This document shows, piece after piece, positions 53,901-63,410 of a stretch of 64,000 bases of DNA (the first letter of the stretch is position 1; every line of letters starts with the position of its first letter). Below the pieces are notes generated by a model, which saw only the letters and a program-made list of their open reading frames with translations, was not told the DNA's origin and searched no databases. Both the position numbers and the translations under genes were made by a program. Location of the stretch: NCBI GenBank assembly GCA_965220225.1, contig OZ244813.1:1095560-1159559 (forward strand). Direction: 5' to 3'. Source of the stretch: Dehalococcoidia bacterium (GTDB lineage Bacteria > Chloroflexota > Dehalococcoidia > Lucifugimonadales > Australimonadaceae).

Positions 53901-56900
53901 CGTTCAGGCCCCAGGACCGCGCTCCATGCGCGGTACATCGCTTCGTAGTGCCGGCGTGCGATCGGGTGCTCGCTGTAGTCCGCCTCCTCGAACCGGGAGA
54001 TGAGCTCGTCGAGCGCCTTCTGGGAGATGGGCAGCCCCCGGGCGACCAGCAAGGCCTCCACCTCTCGCGGCGTCGATTGTTCGGTTACGTTCTCTGCCCG
54101 CTCCTTCGCCCATACGAGGAAGACGTTATAGAGGCGGACGATCTCCTCCCGGAAGTCGACTATCCGGAGGATGCGGGACTCGGAGCCCGGGAGGTAGTCG
54201 TCGTCGCCAGCGAACTCCACGGACACCGGGTAGTCGCCCGGCTCCTCGCTGCTCCAATCGAAGGTGTACGCGCCGTCGTCGCCGAGGAGCGCGAACCCGG
54301 ACGGAGCTTCGCCCGCTACGGAGACGTCGACGATGGCCCCCGCGATGGCGGAGCCCTCCTCGTCGGTCACGCTGACGGTGACGGTCACTTCCTCACCGAC
54401 CCCCCAGACATCCGCCAGGTCGGGGGCTTCCCTGCGGAACTCGATGCGCAGGACGACAGGCTGCGGCTCCGGGCCTGCGTCTTCCTCGTCCTCTCCGCCT
54501 TCGCCGGGCGAGTCCGGCACCAGGACCGGCACTGCTGTCGCGCTTCTCCGGCGCGGGAGCGACGGCGTCACCCTCAACCTCCTGCCGGCGAAGGCCGCGA
54601 CTGCTGCCAGCGCGAGGAGGCCGGGCGCACCCACCCACAAGAGCCAGTTGAACCCGGCAGGCGTGATGGCGCCCTCCCAGAAGTACGGCATCGTCAGCGG
54701 GGTGCGAAGGTCGTCCCCGGCATAGGTGAACACCACCGACTCGCCCGTCAGCGCCTCCGCGTCCGGGACCGTCAACTCCAGCGTTGCGATGCCGAACTCG
54801 TCGGTTACGGCGTCCACTCCCTGGCTCGAACGCAGTGCGGCCTGCGGTATCCCGGCGCCCGTGTCGTCCAGCAATGCCACCTGCAGCAACGTCATCCCGC
54901 CCGGACGCACCCTCCCCACCGGGGTCACGATGAGGTTGGCGGCGGACTTGACCACGAGTGGCACCGTCACGCCGGCGCCGAGTTCGGGCGCGGAGAGCAC
55001 CACTTCCGTGGCGCCCAGCGGCTCGTCGCCGGAGACCGGGTACGGGTGGGTGAACGTGCCTACGCCGCTGGACTCGAACGTGACGCCGGGGCCGGCAGTC
55101 AGACCGGCGCCGGGCACGGGGTAGGTCCCCAGCAGAACGGTGCCGCGCAGGACAGCCTCTCTGCCGCGCGCCACGGGTTCGAGAGCCTCCACCACGATCC
55201 TCGGAAGCCCGACGGGGATGTCGAGGGTGGCGCTGCTGGGCGCCAGCAGGTCCGTGCCCTCGAATACTACATCGACGCCCTGCGTGGACTCGTGCGGGTC
55301 GTGCGCGGCGCTCTGGTCGAATATGGCCTGGGCGTCCCACGTGAACGCGCCCTCGGCATCGGTCGTCAGGGAGAGAGGTCCGTCGCCGACCACCTGCACT
55401 CCGGCGCCGGGGACCGGGCTCCCGTTGCTCTCGCGCAGGATGCCCGTGAGACGGAAGCCGTCGCCATCCCTCACGATGGCGGGGCCGTCGAGCGTCAGTA
55501 CGGTGGGTTCCAGCACCTCGAAGGCGAACTCCGCCGAGGCCGGTTGGACGAGCTCCGCTCCCGCAAAGCGGGCAGTGAGCGCATGCGGGCCGATGCTTCC
55601 GAACGAGGGGTGCCGGTACTCGAACGTTCCACCCTCTGCGACATCCACCGTGACGGCCTGCCCGTCCGAGCCGTTCCCCACGGTCAGCTCCACCTGGCCG
55701 GTGGGTGAGAACGTATCCGAGGCGAGCCTGCCCTGGAACACCGCTCCGTCGCCGCGTTCCAGCCGCAGCGGGCCTTCCAGCGTCATCGTGACGGCGTGCA
55801 GGGACTGGAAGCGCGTCGTGCCGCCGGATGCGAGCACGGAGCCCTCACCCCGGAACCTGGCGGTGATCGTGAACTCCCCGGCTGACGGGACCGTGCCCAT
55901 GACCTCGAACCGGCCTTCCCCGTCCGTGGTGACCGACTGCTCCGAGCCGCGACCGACCCGCACCCCGATGCGCTTCCCCGCGAGCGCGCCGCCGTCCACG
56001 CCGCGAAGCTCACCGCCCACCTCGAACTCCTCTCCTATCACCACGGCAGCAGGGGCGTAGACCGCCACCTCCGTCGGCAGGACGACCTGGAAGTCGAGGC
56101 GGGCCGAGTTGTCCAGCAGGAACTCCTCTCCCCGGAGCTGCACCTCAACCCAATGTTGTCCGAGCCGCGAGAAGGAGTCCGAGAAGGTGAACCGGCCTGC
56201 CGGATCAGTCGTCACCGCCGGGGCCGTGTTCCCGTCGATGGTGACGCTCAACGCGCGTCCGGGGGAGCCCTGGCCGTTGTCTTCCATCACCCTGCCGGTG
56301 AACGTGGCCCTGGCGTTCAGCACGACTTCCGCCGGGCCGGCCAGTTCGATCCTGTTCCCGGAGAAGACCTTGATGTCCGGGTCGCTCCACGACTCGTTGA
56401 ACCGTTCGTTCGCGACGGCGCGTGCGAGGAGCTGGTAGCCGCCCAACTCCATGTCTGGGGCAAGTTGCACCTCCGCCTGGAAGCGGCCGGAACGAGACGT
56501 GGTCGTCCCTATGTGCGTGCCGCCGTGCTCCTTGGTCTCGTTGATGTAGACCTCGACGATCATCCCGCCGACGCCCTGCCCATCGGTTGTCTGCACCGTG
56601 CCACCCACGACGAACGGCATTCCGCGCCGGATCTCAGTGGGCCAGAGAGTGATGTTCGTTACGGTGTCGATCGGATCGTCCAGAATCTCCCTGACCCGCG
56701 AGGGCGGGCCGGACGCCGTGGGCTCGAAACTCACCCAGCCGATGCCATCGAGGGCAACCTCCGCCCACTGGTGCCCCTGATCGGTGTAGACGATCTGCGT
56801 CTTCGCTGTCGGCGAGATGGCCCATCCCGAGACGACCCTGGCGGGTATGCCCACGGAGCGCGCCATGACGACGAACGCGCTGCTGTATTGCCCGCAGGTG

Positions 56901-58455
56901 CCCGTTCGGCTATCGAAGAGGAACCAGTCCACCGGGTCGCGTCCTGCGGGCGGCACACCTGCGCTGAGACTACCGGCGAAGCTGTAGGGATACTGGGTCT
57001 TCAGGTATTGCTCCAGCGCCCTGGCCTTGGCGTAGGGCGAATCGTGGGGAGCGGTGACCTGCCGGGCGAGTTCTCCTATCCGGGCAGGCAAGTCCGGGGG
57101 CAACTGCGTATAGGTGGGATCAGAAGCAGCGGTACCGGCGGCGAGGTACTGTCCCTCCGAGAACAATGGAATCCTTGATTCCCAGGAATAGCTCGATACC
57201 CGTTCCTCTGAAACGAGTGTGGCGCTGAATGGGTAGAACACACCATCGAGGTCTATCTGCTGCAGGTCAGGAGACGTGGGCATCACCCCGTTAGGCAATG
57301 CACGAGTACTTCCAGAGGGGAACATCCAGATCCGGTCGGAGACGACGCGAAGCGGGCTGTCCCGGAACCCGAACAGCGCCTGGGAGGCGAGACTCTCAGC
57401 GGGGACCGCGCTGAAGTCGCCTGCCCGGGCATCGTATTGCTCCCTTACCTCGGCGGAGACATCTTCTCCGGCCGTGAAAGGAACGCCAACGGGGTCCAGC
57501 TGCCGCCAACCGCCGTTCTCATAGATGTCTCCTGAAGCCATCCGGAGGTAACCCGTGTGGGCGGCTCCCTTCACCGTGAAGACGGGGACAGAAGGAGGAT
57601 GCGGCGCCTGGTGCGTTGTCGTCCCCCCGACCCAGTAGTCGAAGTCTTCCTCGAGTGTCAACAGCGCTTGACCATTCTCCAGCCGGGTCACGTCTGTGCC
57701 CTGATCCTCGAGGACCTCCAGCGCGGCATCGCGGGTTGCTTCGTCTGCCCGGGCGAGCGCCGCGAGGTCTTCCGCCGACAGCAGCCCTCCCGTACCGTCG
57801 CCGTCCCCGAAGCCAGCCCCGGCGCCATCCTCAGACCCGCCTGAACCAGTGCCGCTCCCAGACCCATCCGTGCCTGCGTCACTTCCAGGCCCGCCTGTCC
57901 CGTCGCTCTCGCCCACGCCAGGCCGGGGTACGAGGTGTGGCGCCCGCGACGGCGCGCCTCCGGGCGTGGGGTCGAATGAAACCCAGCCCAAGCCGTCGAA
58001 CGGCACCTCGGCCCATTGGTGCGCCTGGTCCGTGTACACGGTCTGGCTGTCGGGCCTTTCCGCTATGGCCCAGCCGGAGACCACGCGGGCGGGGATCCCG
58101 ACGGAGCGGGCCAGCATCACGAACGCGCTGCTGAAGTTCCCGCAGGTCCCTGCCCGGCTGTCGAAGAGGAACGTCTCGATGGGGTCCTGGCCAGGAGGCG
58201 TCGAGGCGGCCGGGCCGGAGGCGAACCTGTACATGTATCCCTCGAGGAGGTACTGCTCAATCGCTTTTGCCCTGGCATAGGGCGTCGCGTGGCCAGCGGT
58301 TATCCGGGCCGCGAGCTCCCGCACGCGTTCAACCCACGGACCGTCCGGCATCTGGGTGTACGTGGGGACGCCGGAGGCGGTCCACGTCCGTGCGGCATTG
58401 AGTTGCGCGGGGGAGTAGTCGTAGACGTGCGCGTCCCATTCATAGCGAACGGGGC
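53897..58455 (-). CDS. C-terminal portion of a giant transglutaminase-like membrane protein (2 TGase cores, Ig-like repeat array, TM, DUF4129-like tail); it has no start of its own and continues 58440..61334 after a +1 frameshift
   Basis: TGase cores RAGTCGNFSSAF...HQWAEV...SFDPT and RTGTCGQYSSAF...HQWAEV...SFEPT. About 8 CarboxypepD_reg/Ig-like units. TM FNWLLWVGAPGLLALAAVAAFAG. Tail ...FEEADYSEHPIARRHYEAMY. Confidence 0.75.
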
Positions 58456-61334
58456 GGGCCTCCGGCGATGACGGTGTGGCTCTCGACCCGGTAGGTGACC
58501 GGGCGCGAGAAGGCCGCTGCGTGGAGCGACGTAGGCAGATGGCCCGAAAGGATGAGTTGAGCAGGCCCAATGCCCGAGAGGTAGATGCTGTCTGAGTTGC
58601 GCGTGCCGATGTCCCCGCGCGGGCGGATGTCTCCGGAGCGGAACCCGACACCACCGATACCGCCCGCCAGGTCGTCCTGCTCAGTGGGGATCCACGTGCC
58701 ATCGACGTAGGTGTCGCCGACCGCAACCCTTAACAGGTTGGTATTCAATGCACCGTCGACCCGGAACACCGGCGCGCGAGGGATGCGAGGGATGCTCTCG
58801 GCGGTGACGCTGGGGACAAAGGCGATGTCGCTCTCGTACTCCAGGACTCCACCCCCGCCCTCCAACCAGGCGACATCGCCTATCTCCTCGAGGGCGGCGC
58901 GCGCGGCCTCGCGGACCTCTTCCGCGGGATCGCCCAGGGCCGCGCCCAGAGGGGCGATCGCGTCGGGATACCCCCGCTCGCCCATGAGCCGGGCGGCCGC
59001 AGCCCTCCAGGCCGGGTCCTCTGCGTTCTCGAGCACCTCCAGCAGGGCGTCGAAGTCCCACTCCATCAGGGCCTCAGCCGCGGCGGCCCTGACGTCAGCC
59101 GACTCGTCATGGGAACTGGCGTATAGCAGGGGCGGCAGCGCTACGTTCTCCCTGATCGCGCCGAGGGCCAGCGCGACTCCGGCACGCACCTCCGGGGCGG
59201 GGTCGGAACCGAGCGCAGGGAGCATCCCGGCCGCTGTCCAGCCGGTCTGCAGCGAGCCCAGCGCGCGAGCGGCGGCCTCTCTCACTGCGGCGTCCGGGTC
59301 CGTGTCGAGCGCCCGCAGCAGCGGCTCTTCGGCAGCGTCCTTGCCCAGGACGGCCAGCGCGTCGGCCGCCGCCACCCTGACCCGCGCGTCCTCATCGGCA
59401 GCCAGGGCTTGGACCAGCGGCTCCACGGCCCTGGGGTCGGCCAGCACTCCGAGTCCGTAGGCCGTCACAGCCCGCATGAGGGGGTCTTCATGCTCCAGCA
59501 GGACCCCTGTGAACCGGTCAAAGGCCAGCGTGCTCAGAGCCGTTCGCGCGGCATCACGAGCGTCGGTGTCCAGCGCGTTGTCCACCGCCTGGAACAGCAG
59601 GAGCAGCGCTTCCGGATCGTTCGCGTCGCTCCACAAGCCCGCCACCGCTTCGCGCACAGCCAGGTCCGCACTGGTGCCCATCTCTTCGAGCGCAGCCTCG
59701 AACCCGTGATCGACGTCGACGTCCGCGAAGGCGTCCCTGGGGATGGGGTCGACGGTCACCCAGCCCAGCCAGTCCAGTGCGATCTCCGCCCACTGGTGGG
59801 TCTGGCTCCGGTGGACCGTCTGCGTGTCTTCCTGTGTCGCAACGACCCACCCGGATACGGCCCTTGCAGGAATGCCCGCCGCCCTGGCGAGCACCACGAA
59901 GGCGCTGCTGAAGTTTCCGCTGGTGCCGACACGGCGGTCGAAGAGGAACCAGTCGACCGGGTCCCGGCCGGGCGGCGGCAGGGCCTCTTCCCCGATGGTT
60001 GCAGCACCGAACGCGTACTCCTCCTGCAGGAAGACCTGGAGTTGGCGGGCCCTGAGGTATGGCGACTCGGCGGTGCCAACCTGTCGGGCCAGTTCATGGA
60101 CACGCGGGGGAAGCTCATCGGGCAGCTGGAGGTAAACGGGGTCCGTAACCGGAGCAGCCCCCACCTTGTGGAGCAGGGCGAACAACGGCAGGGTGGACTC
60201 CCACTGGTAGCCGGACACGCCGCTATCGGCCACCAGGGTCTCGCTGGCCGGATAGTAGGTCGCGGGCGTGTTGACACTCCGCAGGTTCTTCGAGACCGGG
60301 AGCGCCCCCGCCGGGAGGCGCTCCTCCCCTTCGACGGGGGTCACTATGATGCGGTCCGTGAACTCGTGGAGCGGGGTCGCCGTGGGCAGGTGCAGATCTC
60401 CGGCCAGCGGCGCCAGCGCATCGAGGACAGAGACGTCCCTGCCCACCGTCACGCCAACCGCGTCCAATCCGCTCCACGTCCCGGCAGTGTAGGTGTCGCC
60501 GGTAGACGTCCTGAGATACCTCGTGTGAGCCGCGCCCGTGACCTGGAAAACGGGAGCGTCTGCCGGCGGCAGGAGCTGCAACGCTGTGACTTCAGCCTGA
60601 AGCGACGTATCCGCGAGCGTGCCCGTGGCAGCACCCGCTTCCCCTCCAGTCCGCCCGGACGACGTTCCGTCCGTCTGCCGGAAGCCGCTCACCGCCTCCG
60701 CGAAGTTAGCGGGCACCTCCAGGAAGTTCGTTCGCGGGAACAGGAGCAGTCCGTCGATGGGCTCGGTGTCCAGAAAGCCGAAGACGCCTGCGGCGGCCAG
60801 CCAGACCACCAGGGACGCCAAGAGCAGGCGCCAGTTGAGTATCCCGGCGATGGTGAGCGACAGGAAGAACGTTCCCAACAGGAGCAAGCCGCCCGACTCC
60901 AGGTACGAGCGTTGCACCTCGTGCTCGTCGTAGGAGACGGCGCTGCCCAGAATCCCCGAGAACGCCAGGTACGCTCCGGCTGCGACGAGGGCAGCGGCTA
61001 CCAGCAGCCCGACTGCGAGCGTCCACGTGGGGCGTAGGGACAACCTGCGCAGCGGCCAGCCGAGGGACGCGAACAGCACTGCCGATGCGAGCACGATGGA
61101 TACGGCGAACGCGAGGAACCGGAGGAGGTCGACGCCGTTGGGTACGCCGAACCTCTTCTCCTGCGACGGGCTGACGGCCAGGATGTCCCGTGGGCCTGTC
61201 GACGCGAGGGAGACGACGAACTCGAGCAGCAGGAAGAAACCCACCAGCGCTGCCGACAGCAGGAGGAGGAGCCGGATCTGACGAGTGGCGCCACCGGTGA
61301 ACGGCGCCACGAGGTTGATGGACACACTTCGCAT
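58440..61334 (-). CDS. N-terminal portion of the giant transglutaminase-like membrane protein (about 6 TM segments, TGase-like module with Ser in place of the catalytic Cys, HEAT-repeat block)
   Basis: Module RRVGTSGNFSSAF...HQWAEI...TVDP. HEAT-like repeats DPLMRAVTAYGLGVLADPRAVEPLVQAL..DARVRVAAADALA... It ends inside a repeat unit that continues in the next frame. Confidence 0.75.
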   Translation of the reverse strand: MRSVSINLVAPFTGGATRQIRLLLLLSAALVGFFLLLEFVVSLASTGPRDILAVSPSQEKRFGVPNGVDLLRFLAFAVSIVLASAVLFASLGWPLRRLSLRPTWTLAVGLLVAAALVAAGAYLAFSGILGSAVSYDEHEVQRSYLESGGLLLLGTFFLSLTIAGILNWRLLLASLVVWLAAAGVFGFLDTEPIDGLLLFPRTNFLEVPANFAEAVSGFRQTDGTSSGRTGGEAGAATGTLADTSLQAEVTALQLLPPADAPVFQVTGAAHTRYLRTSTGDTYTAGTWSGLDAVGVTVGRDVSVLDALAPLAGDLHLPTATPLHEFTDRIIVTPVEGEERLPAGALPVSKNLRSVNTPATYYPASETLVADSGVSGYQWESTLPLFALLHKVGAAPVTDPVYLQLPDELPPRVHELARQVGTAESPYLRARQLQVFLQEEYAFGAATIGEEALPPPGRDPVDWFLFDRRVGTSGNFSSAFVVLARAAGIPARAVSGWVVATQEDTQTVHRSQTHQWAEIALDWLGWVTVDPIPRDAFADVDVDHGFEAALEEMGTSADLAVREAVAGLWSDANDPEALLLLFQAVDNALDTDARDAARTALSTLAFDRFTGVLLEHEDPLMRAVTAYGLGVLADPRAVEPLVQALAADEDARVRVAAADALAVLGKDAAEEPLLRALDTDPDAAVREAAARALGSLQTGWTAAGMLPALGSDPAPEVRAGVALALGAIRENVALPPLLYASSHDESADVRAAAAEALMEWDFDALLEVLENAEDPAWRAAAARLMGERGYPDAIAPLGAALGDPAEEVREAARAALEEIGDVAWLEGGGGVLEYESDIAFVPSVTAESIPRIPRAPVFRVDGALNTNLLRVAVGDTYVDGTWIPTEQDDLAGGIGGVGFRSGDIRPRGDIGTRNSDSIYLSGIGPAQLILSGHLPTSLHAAAFSRPVTYRVESHTVIAGGPPRSL

Positions 61335-61630
61335 GGGGCGACAGCTCCGGGGCAGTCTAACAGCGCCCCAGTACCAGGGGAGCGGAGTCTACGAGTGAAG
61401 GTACCGCATTCCCGGAAGTGGGGACAGAAAGGAAGTGCCGGAGAGGCCTGACAGCCGCTCCGGCACTGGTTTGTGCCCCGCGCTCGCGGGGCTCACCTTC
61501 CGCTCCGTTGCCGTTCCCGGCAATCACTGCCGGACTCAGGCCGCCTCGGGCTTCGTCGAGCCGTTCCGGGCGCTTCTGCCTGCTCTGTGTAACGGAGCTT
61601 CCGGCTTCCGATCGCCCTCCTCCGGCAACT

Positions 61631-61702
61631 CTAGGCCGCCGGGAGGGCCGTACAAGGGAAGTGCCACCGGTGATGCAGCACGTAGACCGCGCGTATGCCC
61701 AT
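61631..61702 (-). CDS. candidate 23-aa small ORF (MGIRAVYVLHHRWHFPCTALPAA)
   Basis: ATG 61702 lies 5 nt after GAAAGGAGGTG, one of the strongest SDs in the window. It sits in the 670-nt region upstream of the giant gene. Confidence 0.35.
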   Translation of the reverse strand: MGIRAVYVLHHRWHFPCTALPAA

Positions 61703-61877
61703 GGTGCACCTCCTTTCGCTCGAGGGACCCTTCCGAAGCGGCATCTGGACTGTGCCTGCCTCCGCAGGGCTCGACCGCCCGCCTCCGGCAAGGTTCCTGT
61801 ATCCCAATGTAAGCCACCATGCGTGAACATGCAACCCCAATTTGGCCGGAATTCCCGGCGGATATCGCACATAAATT

Positions 61878-61899
61878 GTGAAATCTGTAACGATTTCAC
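61878..61899. promoter_or_regulatory. AT-rich 8-6-8 palindrome, candidate operator/promoter element
   Basis: GTGAAATC tgtaac GATTTCAC, inside the only AT-rich patch (ataaattgtgaaatctgtaacgatttcac) of this intergenic region. Confidence 0.4.
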
Positions 61900-61920
61900 T
61901 GCGTCGACGGCTACAGGGCT

Positions 61921-61947
61921 CTGGATTCCCGCTTTCGCGGGAATGGC
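61921..61947 (-). repeat. family D hairpin repeat (inverted copy)
   Basis: The reverse complement gccATTCCCGCgaaaGCGGGAATccag matches 15055..15080. Confidence 0.75.
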
Positions 61948-62005
61948 GGAGGGAGGCGGGATGAGGAGGGAACGACGAAGAGAGGGAACGATGGGAGATA
62001 GGCCG

Positions 62006-63376
62006 TTATGACGGGGGTGGAGCTTGCTTCGTCTTCCCCCACCACGCTTCGATGCGCTGGCGGACGGTCTGCTCATAGCCCTGGTCGCCGGGCTCGTAGA
62101 AGCGTTTGCCCGCGAGTTCGTCCGGCAGGTTCTGCTGTCCGGCGAAGTGCCCCTTGTAGTCATGGGCGTACTTGTAATCCGCGCCGTAGCCGAGGTTGCG
62201 CATCAGGCCGGTGGCGGCATTGCGCAGGTGGAGGGGTACCGGGTGCTGCCGCCCGGTGCGTACCTCGTCCATCGCGCGGTTCAACGCCATGTAGGAGGCG
62301 TTGCTCTTGGGGGCAGTCGCGAGGTAGACGGTGGCCTCCGCCAGCGGAATCGCGCCCTCCGGCAATCCGACGAAGTGGACGGCCTGCTGCGCCGCGACCG
62401 CGATCGGCAGCGCCTGCGGGTCGGCCATGCCGACGTCCTCCGCCGCGAGGATGACGACGCGCCGCGCGATGAAGAGCGGGTCCTCGCCCGCCTCGAGCAT
62501 CCGCGCCAGCCAGTAGACGGCGGCGTCCGGGTCCGAGGCGCGAACGGACTTGATGAACGCGGAGATGGTGTCGTAGTGGCTGTCGCCCGCCTTGTCGTAG
62601 TGGAGCGCACGGCGCTGGAGCGCCTCTTCCATGAGCGGGCGGTCGATCCGCTTCGTGCCGTCCGGGTGGCGGAGCGCGATCTCGGTTGCGAGCTCGATGC
62701 CGTTCAGCGCGACGCGGGCGTCGCCGGAGGCGACCTCCTGCAGGAACTCGAGCGCGTCGGGGTCGAGGGTCACGTGCTCGTTGCCCAGCCCGCGCTCGGT
62801 GTCAGTCAGCGCGTGCCGAACGACGTGGGCTATCTCGTCGTTGGAGAGGGGCTTGAGGATGAGGACGCGGGTGCGGGAGAGGAGCGCGGAGATGACCTCG
62901 AACGACGGGTTCTCGGTGGTCGCGCCGATGAAGGTGACGGTGCCGTTCTCGACGTGGGGGAGGATGGCGTCCTGCTGGGCCTTGTTGAAGCGGTGGACCT
63001 CGTCGACGAAGAGGATGGTGCCGAGGTCCTCGGTCGCGCGTATCTCGCGGGCCTCCTCGACCGCCTGCCGGAGGTCGGCGACGCCGGAGGTGACGGCGGA
63101 GACGCCGATGAAGTGCGATTCCGTGAGGCCGGCGACGAGCCGCGCGAGCGTCGTCTTGCCGGTGCCGGGCGGGCCCCAGAGCACCATGGAGGGCACCTGG
63201 CCGGTGCGGATGGCGCGCTCCAGCACGTGGCCCTCGCCGAGGAGATGGCGCTGCCCGACGTACTCCTGGAGCGTGCGGGGGCGCATGCGGGCTGCGAGCG
63301 GGGCGTTCTCGTCCTCGTGCTGACGCCGCACGTGCTCGAAGAGCGTCTGTTCCTTCCGCATGCCGCGCTGTGTCAT
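62006..63376 (-). CDS. rarA: replication-associated recombination protein A (AAA+ ATPase)
   Basis: Motifs LWGPPGTGKTTLA and ILFVDEVHRFNKAQQD. C-terminal MgsA domain ...YDTISAFIKSVRASDPDAAVYWLARM... Confidence 0.93.
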   Translation of the reverse strand: MTQRGMRKEQTLFEHVRRQHEDENAPLAARMRPRTLQEYVGQRHLLGEGHVLERAIRTGQVPSMVLWGPPGTGKTTLARLVAGLTESHFIGVSAVTSGVADLRQAVEEAREIRATEDLGTILFVDEVHRFNKAQQDAILPHVENGTVTFIGATTENPSFEVISALLSRTRVLILKPLSNDEIAHVVRHALTDTERGLGNEHVTLDPDALEFLQEVASGDARVALNGIELATEIALRHPDGTKRIDRPLMEEALQRRALHYDKAGDSHYDTISAFIKSVRASDPDAAVYWLARMLEAGEDPLFIARRVVILAAEDVGMADPQALPIAVAAQQAVHFVGLPEGAIPLAEATVYLATAPKSNASYMALNRAMDEVRTGRQHPVPLHLRNAATGLMRNLGYGADYKYAHDYKGHFAGQQNLPDELAGKRFYEPGDQGYEQTVRQRIEAWWGKTKQAPPPS

Positions 63377-63410
63377 ACCTTCAGGTTACACCTACGGCCC
63401 CAGCGGCGGG

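Noticed and set aside
58351-58726. Treating the downstream TGase ORF (listed 53897..58726) as an independent gene that starts at its listed start or at Met 58351.
   Set aside because: The 5' 270 nt overlap the upstream ORF and translate to Ser/Arg/Thr-rich shadow sequence. Starting at 58351 would cut a conserved repeat unit and leave no signal or TM segment. A single-nucleotide frameshift explains the data better.
61335-62005. Whether the long noncoding region encodes RNase P RNA, tmRNA, SRP RNA or another housekeeping RNA.
   Set aside because: I could not find the diagnostic strings on either strand (GGAAAGTCCGGGC for RNase P, the tRNA-like GGTTCGA..CCA end for tmRNA, GGTCCGGAAGGAAGCAGCC for SRP). 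This was checked by eye only; cmscan would be decisive.
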